In this document: positions 26,357-37,113 of the stretch, piece by piece
Position numbering within the stretch: position 1 is the first letter of the stretch
Layout: every line of letters starts with the position of its first letter
Source of the DNA: a virus
Reading direction: 5' to 3' (one strand)
Length of the DNA: 64,000 nt
IMG/VR virus record: IMGVR_UViG_3300040801_000976
Coordinates: 1-64,000 of that record
Program-made: the position numbers and the translations under genes
Notes under the pieces: model-generated
The model's database searches: none
The model's input: only the letters and a program-made list of their open reading frames with translations
What the model was told of the DNA's origin: nothing

Positions 26357-26944
26357 ATGTCATTATACAGTAATAGATTAAATCTATTTCTATTAAACTC
26401 GCTGGAACCAGAGATAAACAGATTAAACTTACAAGCCTCGTCATTAGAGGAAATAGGTTTCGAGAACGAGTACCTGTTAGGCGTTAGAAATAAGTTGGAA
26501 AAGCTAATACCAATATATGATTTTCTAAAGGAGTACGCGGATGGGGGCGAGGAGTGCGACTGGTCAGATTTAATAGAGTTAATAAGGATAACGGGATTGG
26601 ATATATTAGATATAAACTCAGAGCAACCAACCATACCAAGTTCCGTTAATTCAGATAGCACTAGTATACCAGCAGAGGAATCCCAGTACTTCGTGTTATT
26701 GATAAATGGTAAAGTATATGATGGATCAATACTAAACTCCAATAAATCGTATAACTTCTCCTTTGTACCTGCTACAGATGTAGACAGTATAACCGTACTA
26801 TTCGGTGAATCAACATTTACCAAGAATACAACGGTAAAAATAATTAACCCAGTATTAACTTCTGGAACCAACACTTTTTCCGTTACAGGTATTAAGGATG
26901 GTTTGATAACTTTTAATAAAAAAATTACAATTCAAGTAGAATAA
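26357..26944 (+). CDS. Putative structural protein
   Basis: ORF track. Confidence 0.6.
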   Translation: MSLYSNRLNLFLLNSLEPEINRLNLQASSLEEIGFENEYLLGVRNKLEKLIPIYDFLKEYADGGEECDWSDLIELIRITGLDILDINSEQPTIPSSVNSDSTSIPAEESQYFVLLINGKVYDGSILNSNKSYNFSFVPATDVDSITVLFGESTFTKNTTVKIINPVLTSGTNTFSVTGIKDGLITFNKKITIQVE

Positions 26945-26947
26945 ATT

Positions 26948-29035
26948 ATGCTGCTATATTCTGTAAAAAGTGAGGGTGATTATCTCACGTTCACCGGTCT
27001 AACAAAAACTTTGGTGGAAGGTATAATAATATCCCATCGAAAACAATTAATTAAAAAGGTTCAGGAGGATATATCGAGATCTACCGTTTTGTTGGTTGAT
27101 ATCAATGATATTAGTTCTGAGTATGCTTACTATGAGGTTAAAAACCCATCGACAGGTTTTGCATTTTCTTCACTATCATCATTTCTACTCTATATAATAA
27201 CGGAGTTAAATAATGTAGAATTTGACAGCAACTTATTTATAGATAATTGGGACGCCGTAGCTAATAAACCAGTTCTAACCAACGGAGCATTATATGATAA
27301 TGATGGTGATTCGATAGCTGAGACTGTAGCACCTAACTCCTTCTATTTTATAGTTACCAATGCTGATACCGAACCCTCTGGAAATACAACATTAAACGGA
27401 GAAAATTCTTGGACCGTTGGCGACATAGTTAGATCTACTGGTACCAAGTGGGTTAGACAACCTTGCGTTACGCAGGTAGCCGCCTTTAATGTTTCTTACG
27501 TAAATACCGTTGGTAGTACTGACTCGTCTTGGAATACCATTGATGAGGTACAGGGTGCTATTGATGAGTTATACAGTAGGGTTCAAAACTTTAACGGTAC
27601 GCTGGCTTCACTAGACGATACGGATTTCGAAACGACTGCTCCAGTCGAAGGAGATACATTATTATTCAACGGTTCGGGCTGGGTACCTGGTACTATCTCC
27701 GGTCGAGACTATGTATACGTAATAGCTGATGCCGACGGAACGACTACAGCTCCATCCGTAGATGGTAATTACATACTTAAAACTGGTACTAGTTCCGGTT
27801 GGGTCCCTCCCACAGCTTCTGTAAACGATGTACTTAATCTTAATGAAGGTACCTGGTCTTTACTATACGATGTTAGTGAAGAGAATCCTGGAGCATTAGA
27901 GGTCGAGTATACCGCTTCTCCCAGAGACGGTTCTAATTACGTCTGGACTGGTACAGTGTGGGAAGATATTGATGCTTACGAGCCTAGTGTATCTCTTGAT
28001 TCAGTACTAGTCGCTAACAATAATTTAGGTGATATCAGTGACCCTCCTTACGGCGCTCCTTCTTTTAGAGGAAACACACTGCGAGGTAGAAGCATAAGTA
28101 AGATACTAGACGATATTATATTTTCAACAACACCTCATACATACAACGGACCAAGTTTATCTGTATCCAGATCCGTCGGAGGTTTTGGAAATTTTGAACG
28201 AGGTACAGATATAACAGGTTTATTAACTACTTCGTATACTAAAAATGACGGTGGTGATTTAGATAATACCGATCCTTCACACCCAGGCGGAGATGAAATA
28301 AAACTAGAGTTAGTGGTAGGTTCAGATTCTTTGACCAAAGTTAGTAATACACATGCGTCGGGAAATAGAAGTTTATCCATCGATGCCAACTCGGAGATAG
28401 ACACCAACATACCTGATTCAGCATCTACCTCGGCTGTAGGTTATTTAAGAGGTACGGCTATTACAGCAGATGGTGATGCTATAGCAGACAATAAAGGTAA
28501 TGATACACCGAGGAATTCTGGTTATGGGGATAACACACTAGCCCAAACCCTTACTTCACAACAGAATTTCTACTCGCGGTATCCAATATGGATTGGCCAT
28601 ACTACACAGAGATTCACGATTGGAACTACTATAGCTGAATCGACAGATATTACAATAGACCCTAATTCTGGATCAAACCAAGCTGGTACAAAGATAAATA
28701 ACACCTGGCTACAAGGAGCTGGTTCTGCGTTCAAAAGATTGTTTACATCTAATATATCACAAGATATTTCAATATCACCCTCCTCAGGAGATGCGCATAT
28801 ATTAATTATATGTCCTCCAGGAATTACGGTACAGAGTATACAAGAGTCTGTAGCCGGTCAGTGGGTTAGTATGACTTTTGGCTCAAACTATAGTGTGTTT
28901 GATCTTACTGGAATTACTAGTCTGAATGGTTTAGAGCCTAAAACTTACAAGTGTTATTACCTACGAGACTTATCAAACCCAACATTTTCTAGCAGGACTC
29001 TTAGATTTACTACCACAGGTACCATTACCGTATAG
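26948..29035 (+). CDS. Putative fibre/appendage protein
   Basis: S/T/G-rich; LASLDDTD....PVEGDTLLFNGSGW fibre motif. Confidence 0.65.
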   Translation: MLLYSVKSEGDYLTFTGLTKTLVEGIIISHRKQLIKKVQEDISRSTVLLVDINDISSEYAYYEVKNPSTGFAFSSLSSFLLYIITELNNVEFDSNLFIDNWDAVANKPVLTNGALYDNDGDSIAETVAPNSFYFIVTNADTEPSGNTTLNGENSWTVGDIVRSTGTKWVRQPCVTQVAAFNVSYVNTVGSTDSSWNTIDEVQGAIDELYSRVQNFNGTLASLDDTDFETTAPVEGDTLLFNGSGWVPGTISGRDYVYVIADADGTTTAPSVDGNYILKTGTSSGWVPPTASVNDVLNLNEGTWSLLYDVSEENPGALEVEYTASPRDGSNYVWTGTVWEDIDAYEPSVSLDSVLVANNNLGDISDPPYGAPSFRGNTLRGRSISKILDDIIFSTTPHTYNGPSLSVSRSVGGFGNFERGTDITGLLTTSYTKNDGGDLDNTDPSHPGGDEIKLELVVGSDSLTKVSNTHASGNRSLSIDANSEIDTNIPDSASTSAVGYLRGTAITADGDAIADNKGNDTPRNSGYGDNTLAQTLTSQQNFYSRYPIWIGHTTQRFTIGTTIAESTDITIDPNSGSNQAGTKINNTWLQGAGSAFKRLFTSNISQDISISPSSGDAHILIICPPGITVQSIQESVAGQWVSMTFGSNYSVFDLTGITSLNGLEPKTYKCYYLRDLSNPTFSSRTLRFTTTGTITV

Positions 29036-29110
29036 ACTATACATGGATAAAAAAGATATTAATCTACACAATATATATATATATAACTAACTTTTTAAAT
29101 TATTTCTTAA

Positions 29111-32100
29111 ATGGCTATTACGAGTCCTCAGGGATATAATATTCAAGCTCAAGCACCTATAGATGATAGGTTTGTTAGAAACACCATAGCAGAGAGGAAT
29201 CTCTTATCCTTGGCGACAAGGTATGAGGGTTTAACAATGTACGTACTAGATGATGGTGCCGGTAAAGCCCGTAACTATCAGTTAGTAGGTGGTATAACTA
29301 ATGATGATTGGCAAGAACTACAGGGTGGTGGTGCAATAAGCGAAGACGCCGCCCGTACACAAGATATACTCATATTTGACGGTGAAGAGTATTCTCCTTT
29401 CGAGGCACCCGTTATGTATGAAGATGTTGACTTAACGGATCTAACTACCATTTGTTTGGGATTAAGCGTTACTGATTTTAACATCGACGCGTTTGTTGGT
29501 ATAAATAAAGAAACGGGATCCGCGTCTCTAGAAATAGGATCATCCGGTAGCTCCGATATGCTAGCCATTTATGCAGAAGGAGAGACAGTTCCATCCTTAA
29601 ACATCAGAAACGATAACACAATATATGGACTAAATAGTACTGGTGCGACTGCAAAAATATTTGACGATGCAAATTTATACGTCAGTAAGTGGTATGACCC
29701 AACAGGCAACTCTAGTATAGAACTAACTGACGGCGGGGGTATGCTTTCAAATATAAGTTCGATTAGTACCAACACACCAATAGATTTATCTATAGAACCA
29801 GTAGCTACGCAAGATGTAAGTATTATAACACTATCTTCTATAGCTAATGATGGTTTTGACGGATCTGTCACACCGCAGTCAGTTGTAAAATCATATCTAG
29901 ATTTAACAGCATTGTCTGGGAGCTCTCATGAGTTAGATATATTCAGATTATTCGAGGCGGATGTACTAGAGGGAGTAGGAGATCACGGAGAGTTACAGGC
30001 TTTTTACGCCAATAAAGGTTCCGTGGTTCTAGACGAAGGTACATTAATGCTGGGTGACCCAAGCGAACAAAGAAACAACTCTTATATATCTATACAAGAT
30101 AGCCAGGATATGGACTACTTCTGCTATATGAGAAGATCGGATGGCGGATCGGCTCTGATATTAGACTCTGAAGGACGGTCAAACTTTGGTAATCACATGG
30201 TAGTTTCCGGGGAAGTTCAGTCTAATTTCACCAGGACAAGTCTGGTTAATGGTTGTAGGAAAGATGCTCCTTTACCAGGAGAAGAGGGGTATTTTGCTTA
30301 TATTGGTTTAATTTCTCAAGTAACAAAAAGTGCTACTTGGAAGATAGAGTATGCTCTAAGTAATTCTACAACAATGGGTGCTTTTATTGTAAACGTGAGG
30401 CCGGGTCAAGAACCTAATGCGGTTAATGTACTATATCCTGGTACCACCGAATATGGTAAGATACCCGAATTATTCCTGGTGGATACCGTAGATCCAAGCG
30501 ATAAAGTTAGTATATATATTAGGACTAATTGGCCGTCCTCGTATATGTCCTACAACGTATCTATATACACAGATCTAGCTGGAGTTAGAGCTTACGTGAC
30601 AGATAGACCAGAGATGTATGCTGTACAAAATGTGGCTGCATTACCTGCCGGAACAGTTTATACTGCTATTACCTCCAGCGAGAGTTACTGGGATATGGAT
30701 GTAAATGGTAATATAACAAATAATAATTCAGGATATCTAAATCTGTCTGGTAATATTTATTTTGATGACTTATTATCTTTTATAGCAGACGGTGATACCG
30801 CTGAATTAACACATGTACCATCGGAAAATCTATCTCTTTACTGGGACACTAATGGAAACCTTGGTATTAATACCAACTCTATAGTTAGTGGAGAGAATGT
30901 GTCTATTGCTGGTGATGCTGGTATATCAAGTCTAGTAAGGGTGGGTACTAGTATTGCAGAAGCAGCTCAGGTACTTGCTTATGATTCAACTGAAAATAAA
31001 TACTTACCAAAACACTTATTTACGCAATCTTCTATTAGTCTACCTACAGGAACTGGTTCAATAGTAGGTTCTGTATTACAAGAAGAGTTGGAAGTTACTG
31101 ACTATTTTGAAGATGTTATAATTATAACAGGTCCGACATCAGCTACAGGGTATGATTCTGTTGAATGTTATATACCAAATAGCGTTTTACCAGGACATAA
31201 AACAACCTTATATTTAACAGCCAACAGTTCCGTTGTTCCTATATACGTTAAAGCTTTAGGTACAGGTGGTAAGATAAATGACTCTTCAAATGGTTTTAGA
31301 CTACCACTACGCAGTTTAGTTACATTCGTGTGCATGGGTAGTAATGAGTGGGTAGCAGAGATGAGTTCTGTGGCTTATGTTCCAGAAAATACTATCCTAA
31401 CCGGTGACTCCTTATTCTGGAATGATTCGGAAAGTAAGTATACACCACAAAAATCTTCCAAAAGTACTTTAATAGATTTAGCAGATAGTACCGAAACTGG
31501 TGTCAACAATACTACAGTACTAAGTAGTTCCGGCGTATTATTTGATATGCTCTCTATAGCAGATACAACAACACCTGGGGATTTCGCCAGCTTGGTAGTA
31601 CAACTACCAATCAGTCCTACAGATGGTTATAAAATATCTCTAAAGCTGAGTGGTGTGGTATCTGGTACACCGATAGTGATACAGGGAGGGACAGAATCTT
31701 TAGATGTTTCTGATATTACTATGGTGGAAGATTATATCTATGAGTTTGTATATTCTAGTACCGCTTCCTCGTGGATAGCCCAAATACCATACAGCACCGA
31801 CGCAGAATCTTTTCCATCTTCTACTGAAGGAAATGCTTTATTCTGGGATGTTGCAGAGAGTAAGTATACACCACAAACTGCGGTGGGTAGTTATGAACTA
31901 GAAACTCTTACTGCGTCCGGTGTAATTGAGACTGATATAAACAAAATAACACTGAGTCGAAGTAATATTTTATCAGACTTAGCTATAATAACAGATAATG
32001 TTAACTCTTCTGAATCAGGTTATAGTTCTTTTAACTTTAACTTACCATCGTCACCGATAGATGGGTACAAAATATCACTTAAGTTAGTATCTTCTACTTC

Positions 32101-35100
32101 GGAAAAACCTATATACATTAAGGGTGGGGATAATACCATCAATGAGTCCGAAGACATCATAATGGATACGTCATCTGTTTATGAGTTTACTTTTAGTGTT
32201 GATGCAGATACCTGGGTATATAATAAAACTAGTAGTTCCGCGTCAATTATAGAAGAGAAAAGTACTAGCTTTACTATAGGTTCAACTACTAAGTCAGGAA
32301 CTTTATTTGTTGTATCTAATGATGCTGACGTAACCCTGTCTAATCCAACTAATTTTCCTGACGGATTTAAGGTAAACATTTATAATTCAGACGGATCAGA
32401 TATAGATGTATTTCCATACGGATCAGATGTGATAAAACTATATGGTAAGTATGATTCGATAGAACTTACTAAGTTAGGCAGCACTTATATTATAAGCGGT
32501 ACGGGTTCACCCATAGATTCCGAGCACGTAATTTCTTACGGAAGTCCTTTATCAACCTGGGATTTTTCATTTAGTTCGGCAGCTGTTATTACTCTCACAG
32601 GTAATACAGAATTGAATCTAACAGGGGTGCAGGGCGGTGATACAGGTATTTTACGCGTGGTACAAGATTCCACGGGAGGTCATACACTAACCTTACCATC
32701 AAATAGCCAAACATATGGAATAGATAGTTTAGATATGTCGCCCGGATCCGTGGTTATATTATCTTTTTACTACGATGGAACAACATTAAACTGGACTGCT
32801 ACCTCAACAGGTTCTCTTAATTTTAATATAGAGGATTTGTTAAATGTAATAGTAACTGAGCCGCTAAACGGTGAAGTATTAACATTTAATGGCGTAAGCT
32901 GGGTTAATGCTGAACCAACAACAGGTGCAGTTGATTTTCTAAGTTTGTCTGATGTTACACCAACTACTTATACAGATAACGCGGGTAAACTTGTGGCTGT
33001 AAATTCTACACCCGATGCCTTGGAATTTGTAGATACCGTTGATTACACACTTGCAACAGGTACAGCAAACAACGATAAATTAGCTACACAAGGTTATGTG
33101 GATGATAATGTGAGTGCAGGATCACCATCATTTGGAAGTGATAATCAGATTCCATACATAAATTCATCTGGAGATGATTTTGACTATTCAAGTCAATTAA
33201 CATTTGATGGAACAAATTTAACAGTAAATGGTAATATTACTGGTGGTGCTTTTATTAAACCCGGGGGTCTTTCAACACAATTTTTAAAAGCAAACGGTAC
33301 GTTAGATTCTACTACATATCAAGATATAACTGAGAAAGGTGCAAGTAATGGTTATGCATCATTAGATTCAGCGGGTAAAGTCCCAATAACACAATTACCT
33401 TCATCTATTATGGAGTATAAAGGAGTTTGGGATGCAAGTACTAATACACCAACTTTAACAGACGGTGTAGGAAATACTGGTGATACATATAGAGTATCTG
33501 TTGCTGGAACACAAAATTTAGGTAGTGGAAATATATCATTTGAAGTTGGGGATTATGTTATTTATAATGGTACAGAATGGGAAAAGTCAGATACCACAGA
33601 TGCAGTCGCTTCAGTTAATGGTCAAACTGGTATAGTATCATTAGATTTAGCGGATATAGGCGAAAGCTATGCGAGCATTAATTATTGGACGTTGGGGAGT
33701 GGGCAGGTTAGCTATTTGGGCAACGTAGGTATAGGTACTGATTCGCCTACAAATACACTTGCTGTTCAAAGTAATATGGACTTTATGTATAACAATAGCA
33801 GGAGAATGACAGTAGGTTTTGATGGTTCTACTGGCTATGGGTTAATTGAAGGGCTTGATACATTAAATGGTGTTCGGATTGGAACTGACACAAATAATAA
33901 TATGTTTGTTGTTAAATTTGACGGCAATGTAGGTGTAGGCACTATTTTACCTTTAGTAAAATTTGAAGTCTTAGATAATACCGGATATGCAAAAACAATT
34001 TCAGATGGTGGGTGGAATGTAAAGAGGGATGTAGTAGGTAGTGGCAGCTCTATATTTTTATTATTAAACGGGAATGATGAATTAGCTCTTTCAGTAAGGG
34101 GAAATAAAGATTCTATTTTTTATGGCAACGTAGGCATTGGTAATGATTCACCTGCTTACAAATTAGATGTAAACGGTACTGGTAGGTTTACGGGTGACTT
34201 GCGTTCGGACGGTGTTATCCAATCGTCAGCTTATTTTAAAAGTGCAGGTACTACTGCTGTGGTTGGTACAAATGCCGATGGTGAAGTTAGATTAAGGCCA
34301 AGCGGTCATTTATCTACAATTGCCCAAAGTACATTTACAACCAGTTTAGCTACAATAGGAACTGATGCTTATTTTACTGGCAACGTAGGTATAGGTACTG
34401 ATACTCCCAGTGCTAAATTACATATCACAGGCGATATATTTTCAGATGTTATTAACGACGTGCAATTCAGAGGGCCTAACAATTGGTTTACAATAAGTAA
34501 CCAAAGTGGTTATAGTTACTTGTCTTGGTTTGGGTATTTCGATGGTACGAATTGGCGCGGTACACATCCTACTTTAGGTTCATCGAGAATACGTGGTGTA
34601 GGTGGTGATATTAGATTTTCAACAGCATCTAATAATGGTGATGAAGGAATATTAACGTATACTGATAAATTAGTCATTAACGAAAACGGTAACGTAGGTA
34701 TTGGTAATGATTCACCTGCTTACAAATTAGACGTAAACGGTACTGGGAGGTTTACTGATACTGTATTAGGCAAAACAGAAGCCCTATCAGACAATTCAAC
34801 GAAATTAGCTACCACAGCCTTTGTTAAAGGACAGGGGTACACTACACATGATGCAGTAACTGTAACAGATAGCAGTGAGATTGATTTTACTTTAACAGGT
34901 CAAAATATAACAGCTTCACTTAAACCAGGAAGTATTGATGAATCAAAGCTCGATATAAGTGTAAATGCAAGCTTAGATTTGGCTGATAGTGCAGTTCAGC
35001 CCGGAGATTTGGCTGACGTAGCAACAAGTGGTTCTTATGATGATTTAACAGATAAACCATTAAGTCAAACAAGTATAGCAAGTGCAACATCAATAACACC

Positions 35101-35377
35101 AACAGGTGGTTCAAGGGAAAATGAGCACTACGTAACCACATTGGCGGCTAATTTAACTATTAACGCACCAAGCGGAACAGCTGCAAATGGCAATAATTTA
35201 ATGATAAGAATACAAGATAACGGAACATCACGAACATTAACATGGAACGCTATTTATGAAGTTGTTGGAACTACATTACCAACAAGTACAACGGCAGGTA
35301 AAAAAATGTACATAGGCTGTATTTATAATTCAACGGATAGTAAGTGGGATGTTGTATCAGTAATCGAGGAGGTATAA
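29111..35377 (+). CDS. Large tail fibre protein (2088 aa)
   Basis: PIDDRFV..T..ER start, repeated GNVGIG modules, YKGVWDASTNTP module, GYASLDSAGKVP motif. Confidence 0.85.
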   Translation: MAITSPQGYNIQAQAPIDDRFVRNTIAERNLLSLATRYEGLTMYVLDDGAGKARNYQLVGGITNDDWQELQGGGAISEDAARTQDILIFDGEEYSPFEAPVMYEDVDLTDLTTICLGLSVTDFNIDAFVGINKETGSASLEIGSSGSSDMLAIYAEGETVPSLNIRNDNTIYGLNSTGATAKIFDDANLYVSKWYDPTGNSSIELTDGGGMLSNISSISTNTPIDLSIEPVATQDVSIITLSSIANDGFDGSVTPQSVVKSYLDLTALSGSSHELDIFRLFEADVLEGVGDHGELQAFYANKGSVVLDEGTLMLGDPSEQRNNSYISIQDSQDMDYFCYMRRSDGGSALILDSEGRSNFGNHMVVSGEVQSNFTRTSLVNGCRKDAPLPGEEGYFAYIGLISQVTKSATWKIEYALSNSTTMGAFIVNVRPGQEPNAVNVLYPGTTEYGKIPELFLVDTVDPSDKVSIYIRTNWPSSYMSYNVSIYTDLAGVRAYVTDRPEMYAVQNVAALPAGTVYTAITSSESYWDMDVNGNITNNNSGYLNLSGNIYFDDLLSFIADGDTAELTHVPSENLSLYWDTNGNLGINTNSIVSGENVSIAGDAGISSLVRVGTSIAEAAQVLAYDSTENKYLPKHLFTQSSISLPTGTGSIVGSVLQEELEVTDYFEDVIIITGPTSATGYDSVECYIPNSVLPGHKTTLYLTANSSVVPIYVKALGTGGKINDSSNGFRLPLRSLVTFVCMGSNEWVAEMSSVAYVPENTILTGDSLFWNDSESKYTPQKSSKSTLIDLADSTETGVNNTTVLSSSGVLFDMLSIADTTTPGDFASLVVQLPISPTDGYKISLKLSGVVSGTPIVIQGGTESLDVSDITMVEDYIYEFVYSSTASSWIAQIPYSTDAESFPSSTEGNALFWDVAESKYTPQTAVGSYELETLTASGVIETDINKITLSRSNILSDLAIITDNVNSSESGYSSFNFNLPSSPIDGYKISLKLVSSTSEKPIYIKGGDNTINESEDIIMDTSSVYEFTFSVDADTWVYNKTSSSASIIEEKSTSFTIGSTTKSGTLFVVSNDADVTLSNPTNFPDGFKVNIYNSDGSDIDVFPYGSDVIKLYGKYDSIELTKLGSTYIISGTGSPIDSEHVISYGSPLSTWDFSFSSAAVITLTGNTELNLTGVQGGDTGILRVVQDSTGGHTLTLPSNSQTYGIDSLDMSPGSVVILSFYYDGTTLNWTATSTGSLNFNIEDLLNVIVTEPLNGEVLTFNGVSWVNAEPTTGAVDFLSLSDVTPTTYTDNAGKLVAVNSTPDALEFVDTVDYTLATGTANNDKLATQGYVDDNVSAGSPSFGSDNQIPYINSSGDDFDYSSQLTFDGTNLTVNGNITGGAFIKPGGLSTQFLKANGTLDSTTYQDITEKGASNGYASLDSAGKVPITQLPSSIMEYKGVWDASTNTPTLTDGVGNTGDTYRVSVAGTQNLGSGNISFEVGDYVIYNGTEWEKSDTTDAVASVNGQTGIVSLDLADIGESYASINYWTLGSGQVSYLGNVGIGTDSPTNTLAVQSNMDFMYNNSRRMTVGFDGSTGYGLIEGLDTLNGVRIGTDTNNNMFVVKFDGNVGVGTILPLVKFEVLDNTGYAKTISDGGWNVKRDVVGSGSSIFLLLNGNDELALSVRGNKDSIFYGNVGIGNDSPAYKLDVNGTGRFTGDLRSDGVIQSSAYFKSAGTTAVVGTNADGEVRLRPSGHLSTIAQSTFTTSLATIGTDAYFTGNVGIGTDTPSAKLHITGDIFSDVINDVQFRGPNNWFTISNQSGYSYLSWFGYFDGTNWRGTHPTLGSSRIRGVGGDIRFSTASNNGDEGILTYTDKLVINENGNVGIGNDSPAYKLDVNGTGRFTDTVLGKTEALSDNSTKLATTAFVKGQGYTTHDAVTVTDSSEIDFTLTGQNITASLKPGSIDESKLDISVNASLDLADSAVQPGDLADVATSGSYDDLTDKPLSQTSIASATSITPTGGSRENEHYVTTLAANLTINAPSGTAANGNNLMIRIQDNGTSRTLTWNAIYEVVGTTLPTSTTAGKKMYIGCIYNSTDSKWDVVSVIEEV

Positions 35378-36306
35378 TGAAGAATTTGCAATTATTGATG
35401 ATGAATAAAAGTACTGATGTATTTGAACTCAAATCGCATGTATATTTATCAAATTCAATATCTACATATATAGATGAAGATTTTATTATTGTTGGAACGT
35501 CTAATTCTATTAGAACTTATACTTATAACACCTCTGGATCAGTGACATTTGTTGATTCTCAGAGTATATCTGGAGGATGTTACAAAATCGTAAGAGATGG
35601 TAATTATATTATAACCGCCTGTTTCTCTGGAGGAATAAGACTTTATACAATAGATGCTTCAGGGAATTTAACATTTCAAGATTCTGATAATATATCCAAT
35701 GGTACATATTGGTCTTTATGGACAGATTCTTCTTATATTTATTGTGTTGGACAATTAAATAGCAGGGGAATAATCACATATTCTATAGATGGTAGTGATA
35801 ATTTAGTTTATGAAAGTAGGTTAGATATAAACCTCACGTACACGGATATTGTTGGTGATTCTGGATATTTATATACTACTGTATATACATCTGGGGGACA
35901 AGTATGTTCATATGATGGATCTGGTACTGTTTCATATGAAAGCGCAGTATCTGACGGAGGGAGTTATGTAGAAGTGTGTTTAGCTGGAAATTTTGTAATA
36001 TTTGCAAGTAGTAATTATTTATTATCATATTCAAAAAGTAGTGGAGCTTTAACATTAGAAGACAATTCTATAACTGGGAGTTATTCTTGTGTAACTTATG
36101 AAAATTCAAAAATATTTACAAGTAAATCAGATACTGTAGATAAAATCCAATCATATAGTATTGATATAAATGGAGATTTAACATTAATTCATTCACAAGA
36201 TATTCCTGAAACAAGCAGTTCTTTTACTGCTATTGAAGCATATGGAGATTTTATTTCATGTGTAGACAATGGAAGTGGTTTATATTTATATAAGTATAAT
36301 GGTTGA
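35377..36306 (+). CDS. Beta-propeller-like repeat protein
   Basis: About 40-aa repeats (..I.TY.ID.SG.LT..DS..). Confidence 0.65.
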   Translation: MKNLQLLMMNKSTDVFELKSHVYLSNSISTYIDEDFIIVGTSNSIRTYTYNTSGSVTFVDSQSISGGCYKIVRDGNYIITACFSGGIRLYTIDASGNLTFQDSDNISNGTYWSLWTDSSYIYCVGQLNSRGIITYSIDGSDNLVYESRLDINLTYTDIVGDSGYLYTTVYTSGGQVCSYDGSGTVSYESAVSDGGSYVEVCLAGNFVIFASSNYLLSYSKSSGALTLEDNSITGSYSCVTYENSKIFTSKSDTVDKIQSYSIDINGDLTLIHSQDIPETSSSFTAIEAYGDFISCVDNGSGLYLYKYNG

Positions 36307-36360
36307 AATATAATAGATAATGATGATTCAAATATATAATAAAATTAAATATAAAACAAC

Positions 36361-37104
36361 ATGCCAATAATAAAACTACCAACAGGGATATTGAAAATAA
36401 GTGGATCTGCTATTAAAGTACCTGAACCAATACCAGAAGGCTTAGGCTACGGATTACTTTATAACTGGTATACTGTTGAAGGTAACGCCTCAAACCTCAT
36501 AACAGATTTACACGTTCCGAGCGATACTGAATGGACTACTTTAGAAACATATTTAGGTGGTTCGAGCGTGGCTGGAGGTAAACTAAAACAAACTGGTACG
36601 TTAGAAGCTGGTACTGGGTTGTGGTATGACCCAAATACAGGGGCCACTGATGAAGTTAATTTTACAGCCCTTCCGGGAAGCACTAGGGATAGTAATGATG
36701 GAGCGTTCTACGATGATGGTACTGATGCTTGGTTTTGGACAACTACAGAAGGAAGATTTGAAAGAGCTTTTTATTATAATATTAATTATTCTGATAGTTT
36801 TTTATTCGTAACTGATATTAATTATAGATTTGGGTGTAGTGTCCGTTGCCTCCGCACCCTAACAGCGCAAGAACAAATAGATTTTGCAGACGGTGATGTA
36901 GTTGAAACTAAAACAGATTATGATGGTAACAGCTACGATGTAGTAAGGATAGGTACACAAGGCTGGAGTGTTGGTAGCTTAAAAACTACACATTATTTGG
37001 ACGGCACAGCCCTAACAAAAGTAACAGATAATACAACTTGGTCTAACGCCGGAACAGGTGATGCTTATTATTGTGCTTATGATAACGATGAAGGTAATGT
37101 ATAA
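36361..37104 (+). CDS. Fib_succ_major (FISUMP) domain protein, circularly permuted
   Basis: YGLLYNWY, HVPSDTEWTTL..YLGG...AGGKLK, FTALPG and G.SVRC precede TDYDGNSY.VVRIGTQ.W. Confidence 0.8.
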   Translation: MPIIKLPTGILKISGSAIKVPEPIPEGLGYGLLYNWYTVEGNASNLITDLHVPSDTEWTTLETYLGGSSVAGGKLKQTGTLEAGTGLWYDPNTGATDEVNFTALPGSTRDSNDGAFYDDGTDAWFWTTTEGRFERAFYYNINYSDSFLFVTDINYRFGCSVRCLRTLTAQEQIDFADGDVVETKTDYDGNSYDVVRIGTQGWSVGSLKTTHYLDGTALTKVTDNTTWSNAGTGDAYYCAYDNDEGNV

Positions 37105-37113
37105 TACTATTAT

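Noticed and set aside
36361-37104. Diversity-generating retroelement
   Set aside because: No reverse transcriptase or adenine-mismatched TR/VR pair was seen in the window.
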